Origin: Chiloscyllium plagiosum
Taxonomy: Eukaryota
NCBI RefSeq assembly: GCF_004010195.1
Contig: NC_057758.1
Span: 1,302,983 to 1,366,982 of the forward strand
Length of the DNA: 64,000 bases
Direction: 5' to 3'
Shown here piece by piece: positions 53,101-64,000 of this stretch. Every line of letters starts with the position of its first letter. The first letter of the stretch is position 1. The notes beneath the pieces are model-generated. The model ran no database searches and was not told the DNA's origin. It saw only the letters and a program-made list of their open reading frames with translations. The position numbers and the translations under genes are program-made.

Positions 53101-56100
53101 TTGGCGTGCTACCCATAGCCCTTCCTGTCTGTATCCTACCGGGGGCACACAACCCGGTGCGCTTCGGCCGGTTTCTCCTCTGCACTAACTTGCTGTGGTC
53201 TCCATTTTGGTCTTCAGCTTCTATCTGTCAGATAATAACTCTCAGAAATAGTCTCTGCTTCCTTTTCGTAGTACGTATCAACATGTACATGTCTTTTATT
53301 GTATTTTATTAAAGCTGAAAATGTGTTGCTGGAAAAGCACAGCAGGGCCAGGCAGCATCCAAGGAACAGGAGAATCGACGTTTCGGGGATGAGCCCGAAG
53401 ATTCCTGAAGAAGGGCTCATGCCCGAAACGTCGATTCTCCTGTTCCTTGGATGCTGCCTGGCCTGCTGTGCTTTTCCAGCAACACATTTTCAGCTCTGAT
53501 CTCCAGCATCTGCAGTCCTCACTTTCTCCTGTTTTTTATTAAAGTCCATTAGGCGTTCAGGACTAAACACTTGTGTCTGACTCTCTGCCTGCTCAGGTTT
53601 ATTTTCTGGACCATTATGTCAAACATGGTGACCGCTAGCTGAACCTCAACTCCTTCAAAATTCTCTTTAGTTTTTGCTTCGTGCTGTGACTTTTGTGTGG
53701 GGACGTGTCATTACTCCGTCTAGGAAAGTACCAGGATATTTTTCTTTTCACTCATCAGTTTCCTGGTCTTCCTTGGGCTCTTCCACAACAAGTGTTGTCG
53801 CTCCCACTTTGGATCCTGCGACATCATTACCAGGAAAAAAAACTGGATCCTGAAAATGACACTCTCAATCACTCCCACTGTTACTTTCCCAGTCTTGAGT
53901 TGGCACTCCAACCTGATTTTACGTAGAGGAACGCTAAACTTCTATCCATCTATCGCACAAATTACCAGACTCGCGGGTAACAGGTCAGAAAGAGTGAAAA
54001 TTCGCTCATTTCTTACTACCAGAGATCTCTCAAAAATAAAACTTCTTGCTCTTATCCCCCTGTTCTTTCTGAGTAGCCTATACACTGAGAGGCAAATTCT
54101 TTGTAGAGATCAGGCACTAACTGCCTACCCAGTCCTTGCTTAGTCTATGCACTGTCCTGCAGCGTGTGGACTTTTTCTTTGTTTTTCCTGTCATACTTGC
54201 ACTTATGCTGCTGGCTTTGCTTCTGTTCCCACACTTTCCTTTTCCCACAGTGCTTTCCGTTAACGACCAGCCCTGCAACTTTTTACGTCCCACTTTCTGG
54301 CAGTGAAAACACCTTTTCACAGTGGCCTTCTTAAAACATCAGCGCTGTAATTTTCTGTGTCCCACTCCATTACAGTGAAAACACCGCCGGCATTTGACCT
54401 CGTTTCCACCTTCTTGGCCTTCTTTTTAAACCTGTGTTAAACAATTGCCAGTGTTCTGTAGTAATTGCTTCGTGATTTACAATCTCTCATTCTCCCAGTT
54501 TCTATCTCTCACAGGATGAAATTCTTACCAGAAGCCTGTCTTATATACCAACATGTATTCACCTGCCAACTCTGCTGCTGTTCTCAATAACGGAAATTTC
54601 TGATCATCCACATGAATTCTTATCATCTCTAGAAGTGAGTTATTAAAGTCCTCCAGCAGAATATTCGCTCTTCGAGCCACATAGGTTTTACCTATTTTTA
54701 AGGCCGGCAGCCATCTATCAAAATACTTCTTTTGAACTCAACTCGACCTGGTTCCTTCTTTATGTTACTAAACCACTGTCTATTCACTCCTGGTACCAAT
54801 TCATAAGCAGTTAATATATCTGAGCTCTTCATAATCAATTGACCGCTCATCTCACAGTGCTGCAAATATCTCCTTCGCTCTGCCGACCATTTTAGTCTGA
54901 GCCCGCATTACCCACAACTCCTTGGACCACTCCACCAGCCTAGCTAATTTTTCAAATGCAATAAGAATGCTTTGACATCTTGCTCTTCAAAATATGGCAG
55001 AGTTTTGACATATTTGTCGAGATCACTGCATTCTCTTTTATTGTCTCCATCCTGTTAATTTGGCTTTGCTGACTAAGTTACAGCTTCTCATGTTCAAATT
55101 CTCTCTCTTTTTCACAATCCCTTTCTTGTCTCTCTCTTTCTCTGTCTCGGTGCTTAGCTAAGAACCTAATCTCTCTTTCAATTTCCTCTCTCCCATTCTT
55201 TCCTCTCTCGATATTTCATTCTCCCTCTCTCTTTCCACTCTCTCACTCTTTCTTTGTTTATCTTCTAACTCCATTTCCTCAGTGTCATTATGTTTTTCTA
55301 GCTCTGAAGCACTTTTCTGTTTCTCTGACATGCTTAAATGTTTGACTAATTCCTTTACAATGTCAGCTTTATTTTTGTCCTTGTTTAAACCGAATTCTAA
55401 CACCTTTGTTAATTCTAAGAGTATGGTATTTTCTTTACTTTCTAAACTTTCTTGGCAAATTTGGGTATCATCTTCAAATCCCAGAACCTCTTCAGCATGA
55501 TTAAGAGCAATTTATCTCACTTCTAATTGAACCAACCACCGCTAAACTAAATTAAACAAATCGTCTCAGTACGTCTTATTCGAAGATATAGGATACTAAC
55601 CGACAATATTGAAATCTATTGGGCATTTTGTTTTGTACGCCAAATCTATTCAAACCCGTCCACATGGATCACTCTAAACCTGTCCAAAACACGTACCTGA
55701 GATCCGAAACTGTTATGATTTGTGGTAAACACTCTGTCAATTTAAACCAGACACATAGAAAAGCTCACCTCGCCTCGAAATGTGTTAAAGTATTGGTGAC
55801 AAAGAACTTTCTAACTTCGACTATTGAAGGAAAGCAATTAACAATTTGTTCATTAACTAAAAGTGAAGAGTACATTCAACAACTCTCGGTACTGTAAGCT
55901 TCCATCACTCGAGTGATTTATCTACCTCCCACTCTACAACAACATACTGATCCGATAAAAATCTGGTTAAGATTTACAGAGATAAAAAGAATTCAAAACC
56001 AGCGATTTGTCCGTCTTTCCTTTGTACCTTCCTCTACAGATTTTCTGAGTCATCTTTTCTTTGGTCTTCTGCTGCGCAGGTTTCAAAAAGCGACTGGAGG

Positions 56101-56428
56101 CAGTCTGTTGGTACTGTCTACACTTTGACTAACTGTTCAAAATGCTTGGGTTTTTTTTTGTACCACAAAACGTAAGATCGCTTCATTGATTTGATCTCGT
56201 CAAAACAGTAAAATTCTAATTTGATTGGTCGTTAGTGTCTGGGGTATCATTTAAACTGATTGGCTCAATTTGAATTGTTGTGAGAGAGAAAATTAGCTCA
56301 GGTATCTGTTTTAAAGCCAAAAGTTATTTTTTTTTCAGAGCACTCTGTGCTTGAATTCAGTCACATGACAGACATGCCAGCTTTTCAACTCTCTTAAAGG
56401 TTCATTAGTCGCATGCAACTTCTTAACA
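50121..56428 (-). mobile_element. Inverted near-identical copy of the 41701-47657 Gypsy region, with 5' LTR at 55711-56428
   Basis: 55560 mirrors 41701, 51113 mirrors ~46190, and 50121-50648 mirrors 47130-47657; matching spurious ORFs on opposite strands; LTR has TGTTA...TAACA termini. Confidence 0.92.
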
Positions 56429-56429
56429 C

Positions 56430-58430
56430 GCCCGATGAACGAATGAATGCCGAATAACTTCTTGCCAACTCGCTTGACCTGCGTTCCCATCTTCAGGGGA
56501 CAATGGACCTGCACACCCAGATCTCTCTGTATATCAAATTACCCCAGGGCTTCTCCATTTACTGTACAGTTCAGAGAAAGTGACGACTGCAGATGCTGGA
56601 GATCAGAGTAGAAAAGTGTGATGCTAGAATAGCACCACCTGTCAGGCAGCAACAGAGAACTAGACGTGAGCCCTTCATCAGGAATGGCGCTTGTTGACCA
56701 AGGAGGCAACTTGGAGGGGACGGTGGTTGGGACAGTGATGTGCAGTTGAAATTGGGGGTGAAAGTGATAGGTGAGAACAAAGACGAGCAGGTAGGACCAT
56801 TCAAGAGAGTGGTGCCGAGTTGGGAGTTTGCCACTGGAAAGGTCCTCGGCCTCCTCTATTGTCAAGATGTCCTGGGCACCCGCCATCACCAAATATCGAA
56901 GTGAGACAGAACCAAAGTGTTATAAAGTTTCAACATGTCATCCTGACTCTTGAACTCGATTCGAGCACCACCTTCTTTACCACCCTTCCTAGCTGCGTGA
57001 CCATTTTCAGGGAGCTATGGACTTGAACCCAAACATCCCTCTGTATATCAGTGTTTTTTCAGCTTCCTACCATTCTTTGCCTGAAACTTGGTCTCTCAAA
57101 GTGCAGGACTTCACACTTAGGTAGATTAACTTCCGCCTGCCATTTCTCTTACCCATATCTGCTCCTGACCGACATCCCACTGTGCCCATTCACAGCCTTA
57201 CACAACATCCTTAACTCCACAAATCTTTGCAACGTCTTCAAACTCAGTAACCCAACCAGGCACATTTTCACCCCAGTAATTTATATGTCATAAACAGCAG
57301 AGGCTGTTGTAGGAATCCCTGCGGAACATCATGAGTCACCGGCCTGCAGCCTGAAAATCTCCCTCCGCCACTACCCTCGTGCTTCTCTGGGCAAGCCAAT
57401 TCAGATTCCACCAGGCAGAGTCACAGCAAATCCTGTGCATGTTAATCTTGCAGATGAGCCTACCATGAGGGACGTTACCGAAAGCTGGACTGAAATCTAT
57501 GCAGGCAACATCCACTGTTCTATCCTCATTGATGACTTTTATCACTGCCTTGAAAAATTTGAATGAAGTTAGTAAGGCATGGCTTACCCCACACGAAACC
57601 ATGCTAACTGTCCATAATTCTGCCATGCTTTACTAACTGAGTGCACATCGTATTCCTAAGAATTGTCTCCAATAGCTTCCTAACCAGCAAAGTGAGTCTC
57701 ACCAGTCTACAGTTCACTGGATTACCATTATTCACCTTCTTGAATAGCAGAACCACATTAGCTACTCACTAATTATGGGCGGCATGGTGGCACGGTGGTT
57801 AGCACTGATGCTTCACAGCACCAGAGACCCGGGTTCAATTCCCCCATCAGGTGACTGTGTGGAGTTTGCACATTCTCCCCGTGTCTGCGTGGGTTTCCTC
57901 CGGGTGCTCCGGTTTCCTCCCACAGTCCAAAGATGTGCAGGGTCAGGTGAATTGGCCATGCTAAATTGCCCGTAGTGTTAGGTAAGGGGTAAATGTAGGG
58001 GTATGGATGGTTTGCGCTTCGACGAGTCGGTGTGGACTTGTTGGGCCGAAGGGCCTGTTTCCACACTGTAAGTAATCTAATCTAATCTAATAATTCTCCA
58101 GGACTACTCCCGTTGCTAATTTGGATACAAAGATCTTGGTAAAGCCCACAACAATGTACTCTCCTGCCTCTCTCAATAATATAGTTTAGATACTGTCAGA
58201 CCCTGGGGACTTACCCATCTTAGTGTTCTTCAGAAGACCCAACGCCATTTTTTTCTAGCATATTGGCATGCTCCACACATACGTCACCACCCTCCACATC
58301 CATCTCCTGGGTGAATGCAAATTCCTCATTTCCGATCTCATCCACATCCGCTGCCTCCATGATCAAGTTCCCTCCTTCAACCTACAGTGATCCTACTTTT
58401 CTCCCTCAGTATTTCTTTGTTGTCCAAGTT
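56430..58430 (-). mobile_element. Old CR1-clade LINE with nested PLE fragment (~56575-56900) and SINE
   Basis: 'TVDVACIDFSPAFGNVPHGRL' RT remnant; PLE-like pLTR sequence at 56575-56690. Confidence 0.75.
57777..58090 (+). mobile_element. HE1-like tRNA-derived SINE (full length)
   Basis: A box TGGCACGGTGGTTAGCA, B box GGTTCAATTCC, (TCTAA)n tail. Confidence 0.92.
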
Positions 58431-58726
58431 TATGAATTAAACAACAAAGTCGGGTTGAAATGCCCTTGTACCAATTCAATAGACCGGAGTCGATCCATTG
58501 TGTTTTCAGACTTTGGATGCCAAATCACAGTTTCGGCAATTAGTGATAGGCAATAAATGCTGTCCCAGAAAGTGACACCTACATCCCATGAATGAGAAAC
58601 AAATACATTTTATATTCTCTGCAACTAACGCCAGCTTGATGAAGCAACTGATGTGGTAGTCATCTTCACCATCATATTTAAGCCTTTAGCCAATCGTATT
58701 CTCTCAACACTTACTGCCTGTTCATA

Positions 58727-60086
58727 CATAGAGCATAGAACATTAAAGCACAGTACAGGCCCTTTGACCCTAGATGTTGGGCCAACCTGTGAACCAATCT
58801 GAAGCCTATCTATCCTACACTATTCCATTTTCATATGCGTGTTCATCCAATGACATTATAAATGCCCTTAAAGTTGGCGAGTCTACTGCTGTTACAGTGC
58901 ATTACACGCCCCTGACTACACTCTGAGTAAAGAACCTGCCTCTGAAATCTGTCCGACATCTATCACCCTTCAACTTAAAGCTATGTCCCTTTGTGCTAGC
59001 CATCACCATCCAAGGAAAAAGTCTCATACTCTCCACCCTGTGGAGGGTTACTCTGATTATCTTATACGTCTCAACTAAGTCACCTCTCGACCCTATTGTC
59101 TCTAACGATCACAGCCTCAAGTCCTTCACCCATTCGTCATAACACACCTTCTCTCCAAACCAGGCAACGTCCTTGTAAATCTCCTCTGCACCCTTTCCAC
59201 CTCCTTCCTATAACGTGGTCACCAGAACTGTATGTAATATTCCAAGTGTGGCCACACCAGAGTTTTGTGCAGCTACATCATGACCTCATGGCTCTGAAAC
59301 TCAATCTCTCTGCTAAAACAAGCCAGCACCATATTTCGTCTGAACAACCCTGTCAAGCTGGGTGGAAACTTTCAGGGATCTATGTATATGGACACTGAGA
59401 TCTCTCTGCTCATCTACACTACCAAGAAGCTTACCACTAGCCCAGTACTCTTTATTCCTGTTGCTCTTTCCAATGGGAACCACCTCAAACTTCTCCCCAT
59501 TAAACTCCATTTTCCACCTCTCAGCCCAGCTCTGCATCCTATCTACGTCCCTGTGTAACCTACAACATCCTTCAGCATTATCCACATCTCTACCAACCTT
59601 AGTATCATCCGCAAATGTACTAAGCCATCCTTTTAAACCTTCATCTAGGTCATTCATAAAAATGCCAAACAGCAGTAGACCCAAAAGAGATCCTTCTGGT
59701 AGATCACGGGTAACTGGAATTCAGGATAAAACATTTCCCATCAACCACCACCCTCTGTCTTCTTTCAAGCTAGCCAATTTCTTATCCAATATGATAAATC
59801 ACCCTCAATGACATGTCTCCGTATTTTGTGCAATAACCGACCTTGGGTAACCTTAGCAAATGCCTTACTAAAATCCATACACACCACTTCAACTGCTTTG
59901 CCCATATCCAGCTGCTTCGTCACGATCTCAAAGAGCAAAATAAGGTTTGTGAGGCACGACGTATCCTTCAAAAAACCCTGCTAATTGTCCCTAAACAACT
60001 TATTCCTTTCCAGATGATTATAAATCCGATCTCTTATACCATTCTCCAACACTTAATCCACAACTGAAGTGAGGCTCACTGGTCTA
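58727..60086 (-). mobile_element. CR1-clade LINE, from the RT 'YRPVSLTSVV' motif to the 3' tail
   Basis: 'SCLTNL...VCMDFSKAFAKV', 'FMNDLDEG...FADDTKVG...LHRDVDRMQSWAERWKMEFN'; CATAGA tail repeats at 58727. Confidence 0.92.
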
Positions 60087-60916
60087 TTTTGAAACACTCG
60101 GGGAAGTGCCTTTTCTGAGTCTTTACATCACTCGTCGATGTTGTGTACTCTCTAGCATCACCACAGACCAAGGACCAGGTGATACTGGTGGTATATGAGG
60201 CTGGTTGTTTTCGTCATTATTACCAGGGATTTCGACCGACTGATGTTGGTGATGTTGTCGGTGTTTGTGGACCGGCATCCCCCCCCCCGTTTTTAATTTT
60301 TTTTTTGGTGGGGTTCAGCCTGTCCATGTCTCGGTGAAAGATCTTGTCTCACCGTTTGCGGTCATTTGCTCACTTGCCACTGAAGAGTTGTAAGAGTTCG
60401 AGTGTCAGTGATAGAGTGAATCTTGATGTCTTTTGGGCGAACGTGTCAAATCTCTCGATAACGAGGAATTTCACGAGGCGGTTATTCATGTCCAACCACT
60501 TGCCTCGTGCGCCCATCACAAAGCCAAAGTATTTGAGGTCCACGCCTCCCACCAATTCCGTGACCGCGGCATTTAGTTGTTTACATTTCTCGCGTTTTTC
60601 TCGCCATGCTGTTTCCAGTGCTTTACTATCATTCTCGTACCGCACTGTGACACCTACAACCGCGATCTTCTCCTCTTTTCTAAATCTGAGATCGGGCTTC
60701 CATAGGGAGCCGTCTTTGGCAAACAGCCTGGGCTCCACGTACGGTGTCCAGCCGTACTTACTGACATGTTTCTGCAACTAGTCAGCGATCGCGTTATGGT
60801 GTTTAATTTGAGCGTTTTTCACAAATGGGTAGCATCCTGAGACGTGTGAGATGGTCTCGGTTGCCGTCTCACACCTTCGGCACGGTTTGCTTCGGGTTTG
60901 ACCTTTCTCTAGATAG

Positions 60917-61371
60917 GACTAGCCACACTACCATACATCAGGAGCATCTCGGAACTGACAGCCAGACTACTGCGACCTACCGACATTCTGGCAATAATAC
61001 TCACGACGTGTGCTCTGGAACTTGACACCTGCCAAGCCAAGCTGTTTCAGTACCAGTACGACACTGGCATCTACCGACAGTGTGGAACATCACCGACGTA
61101 TATTCAGCACAAAAACACAGGACAAATACAAACACATCGACCTGGACCCAATATACCGACCACTACAGCGGACAGCTGAAACTGACAACCGGAAGCGGCA
61201 GGGACAGGCCACTATAAACACCGGAGGAAACATCAAAGAAGCGCTTCGCAGGAGGCTCCCAAGCACTGATGATGTCGCCTAGCCAGGGGGCGAAACGTTT
61301 GCAACAAAAACTTCCAGCTCGGCGAACAGAACCACAACAACGAGCACCCGAGCTACAAATCTTCTCACAAA
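60917..61371 (+). mobile_element. Internally rearranged Penelope-like insertion (different family) inside the R2 element
   Basis: 'LATLPYIRSISELTARLLRP' and 'KHIDLDPIYRPL' PLE-type motifs; 14-bp TSD CTTTCTCTAGATAG at 60903-60916 and 61372-61385. Confidence 0.82.
61263..61302 (+). ncRNA. Minimal hammerhead ribozyme motif (second family)
   Basis: GCA-CUGAUGA-U-GUCGCCU-AGCC-AGGGGGC-GAAAC-GUU-UGC: 3-bp stem I, core boxes, 7-bp stem II with one mismatch. Confidence 0.72.
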
Positions 61372-64000
61372 CTTTCTCTAGATAGTGTGGCTCTTGTCGG
61401 GTATAGATTACACCGCAGGAGCACTCTGTTTATGAATCTAGAGGATTTTTGTTGTACTCCGGCTTTTGTCCAAGAATTAGAGATCTTGTCATCTCTAAAG
61501 TACTGGATGCCTGCCCCTTGACATTCCAGTTATTTTCCACTTTTCGAATTCCCACTCCCTCAAACCAACATACCTATTGGGTGGTTTTCTGTCCCCCCCA
61601 CCCCGCGTTTGCCTCCTGGAGTGCAGGCATGATGTCTTGGATGGCGGTCATCGGGTCCATTTCCCCCTCGCCACTTTTGCGGCTACTGGGTTGGAAATTT
61701 TCAATTTCCGTGAGGATCTTGAGCTCGGGCAGTCCCGCAACGGTCTCTGTGTTGCTCTCTCCGTTATATTGAAAGGAGGCCCGAAAGACCACATCACTGG
61801 ACATGTCGAGTGCCTCGCGTTTGCGAACAATCGCGGATGGGATTTGCACTTCCAGTTTTGGGACACCTGGACTGCTGTCCCTGTTGCTGGCGTATAGCAC
61901 TCCATCAGTGGTATGAGGTGGCAGGTGTAGGAATTCTTTGGTGGCGTTACGGATTAGTTGGTCCAGTTTTACGAGAGTTGCCTGAGATGCTTCTGCCAGG
62001 ATCAGGTGGAAGTACAGTCTGGGAATGACGTGTATCTTGAGGATCTCCAGCCGTTGTCATGGTCGGAGTGGTGCCTGCCTGTATTCCTTTAACCCAGGAC
62101 TTCAGCTTCTCCTCCCACTCCCTTTCTGCCACACCTGCCCATGGATCGAACCGGGCACCCAGGTACTGCTCTGTGTCGCCTGGGGGTATGTAGGCTAACT
62201 AAGGTTTTACTTTTAAATGTGAAGTGGAATCCCTTCGTCTTCACTGTGTTAATACTGAGGCCTGTATGGTCTGGAGCAGCTTCAGATTCCTAGCCATTCT
62301 GGTGTGTGAGTCGCTGAGAAGGCCGATGTCATCCACGAACACCAAGGTCGAGCAGTGGACTCTTCTGCCGCCCAGCGGCATGGAGACCCCTGAGTTGGCC
62401 CTCTCCAGAGAGCATACCAATGGATCCAAAGCGACGTTAAATAATATTGGTGAGAGCCTTGTTTTACGCCCCTCTCAATGTTTATTGGTGTGGTTAAGTT
62501 TCCGTCCCCTTCCACCACTGCGGTGTTGCCAGTGCATAGGTCTTCGATGAGACTTACAAAGGCTTTGGGGAGTTTCACTCTTTGCAAGGATTTGATCAAG
62601 AGCTTGTGCCCAACTGAGTCACACGCTTTCGCTCAATCGACAAAGACAAGAGCGAGGTCCTTGCGATTGTGCTTTGCTCACTTCATGCTGTTTTCAAGAT
62701 GACAATGTTTTCATTGCATCCAGGAGTGGCTGCTAGGAACCCCTTTTGCCTGGGGTTTATTTCGACTGCTTCACTCAGGCGTTTTGCCATTATTTTCGTG
62801 AACAGCCGGAGCAGCATCAGACCGATGGTTATTGGTCGCCAGTTGTCAATGTTTTTCAAGCGGCCCTTATCCTCGCACTTAGGAATCAGGACCGTTCAAC
62901 TTTTTTTTTTAGTGAATCGGGTATCGTGCCTGACTTTAGTCATAGGGAGAAGAGGCAGGGTAGACTAGTTTCCTCTTGCTCATGTCCTGCAGTTTCAGGC
63001 CGTCTGGTCCGGCGGCACTGTTCTCGTCTATCCCCTTAATGCTCGCTTCAACCTCCTCTACCTCGATGGGTTTCATCAAGGACCCATCATCGACTTTGCC
63101 AGTGTATAGGGCATACTTATTTATGTTTGATTTTTTATTTGGTGCTGACAGTTTCTCAGAGAAACATGTCTCCAACTCCTCTTTTGAGAGAGGACAGGAG
63201 GATGAGGTTGGTGTCCCCGTGATCTAGTTGGCGCTGGTTAGTTTTGTAAAGCTGCTGTGGCACTTTGCTACCGGTCATTTTGTCTTTCTTGGCCCGGTCT
63301 TTTTGAGGCCTCTTGTCTTGTCCTGTCTTTTCCGACTATTCATTAGTAGGTCGGTAATACTTTCCACTCGTCCGATTCCGAGGGGAAGCGTGTCCGGGTC
63401 GTTCCTCGCACTCAAGAGCACTTCAGCTCGTGTAAGCTGGTCATCTACGTCCCGATGTTTAGGGATCGAAGCCGGTGTTCTTCGGCTGGCTCTTTGGCGT
63501 TGGGCTCGATTGTCGGAATTTTCCTGGACACTCTCTGCCTCGGGATCGTGCGCGTCTCATGGTTGTGAACTCTGCCGGGGTGTTTGCCAGGAGCCTGCGG
63601 TTATCCGAGATTTGCTTTGGTGTTTTTGTTTTAAGGATGCTGGCGATGGATTTCTTTGATAAACTTGCGTCCTGCAAATCTCACCTCCAATTCCCTCAGG
63701 AGTGCCACCCCCTCCTGTGACCGTACGCGGTCACTTCTCCCAGGTTTGCCCTTGACTTTGGGTGCCGGCTTGAGGCGTTTCTCGTTGCGTAGAACCAGTT
63801 GTCTGTGCCTCTCGCGTTGACCAAGGCCCGACTGTGTAGAAAACGGTTGCGCTGCATGCAAAGTCCCCAGTTGGGGGGTGCTTTGCTCCTTTGCATTTTG
63901 GATAGTGGTAGGCGATTGAATGGTATTCTCCTGCTTTGTCACAGCGTGAACATTTTGCTCGGATGTTCTTTATTCCGTGCACTTTAGTGACATGAGTCTT

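Larger units (their letters stand above)
60087..64000 (-). mobile_element. R2-clade (R2-A-like) non-LTR retrotransposon, decayed, 5' end outside the window
   Basis: End of a C2H2 finger 'HVTKVH'; CCHC finger 'CSRC...HSIAYHYPKC'; finger remnant 'FSTQSGLGQRERHR'; Myb-like 'KTPKQISDNRRL'; RT 'SAAGPDG', 'NWRPITI', 'GVKQG', 'LVFVDDI'; knuckle 'CRRCETATETISHVSGC'; RLE 'WKPDLRF...VTVRYE'; ~280-nt 3' UTR ending TTCAAAA. Confidence 0.88.

Noticed and set aside
57777..57850. tRNA-like A/B boxes
   Set aside because: These are SINE heads, not tRNA genes

Overview
Eukaryotic, repeat-saturated genomic DNA with three N gaps. It is almost certainly from a cartilaginous fish, inferred from the HE1-type SINEs, CR1/HER1-type LINEs and a GPR139-like receptor; a bamboo-shark-type genome is my guess. 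No prokaryotic genes, rRNA, tRNA or CRISPR arrays were seen. The window holds several decayed Gmr1-type Gypsy LTR retrotransposons (integrase upstream of RT), many CR1-clade LINE fragments and tRNA-derived SINEs. It also holds Penelope-like element (PLE) fragments and many tiny PLE-derived insertions carrying minimal hammerhead-ribozyme motifs, often as fold-back hairpins with 10-14 bp target-site duplications (TSDs). Larger structures are a two-exon GPR139-like GPCR with a damaged exon-2 acceptor, a ~2.7/2.3 kb tandem duplication and a ~6 kb inverted duplication. At the right end is an R2-clade retrotransposon (three zinc fingers, Myb, RT, RLE) that is not in 28S rDNA but is joined at its 3' end to the RT region of a CR1 LINE. 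All family assignments are by motif recognition only; no searches were run.
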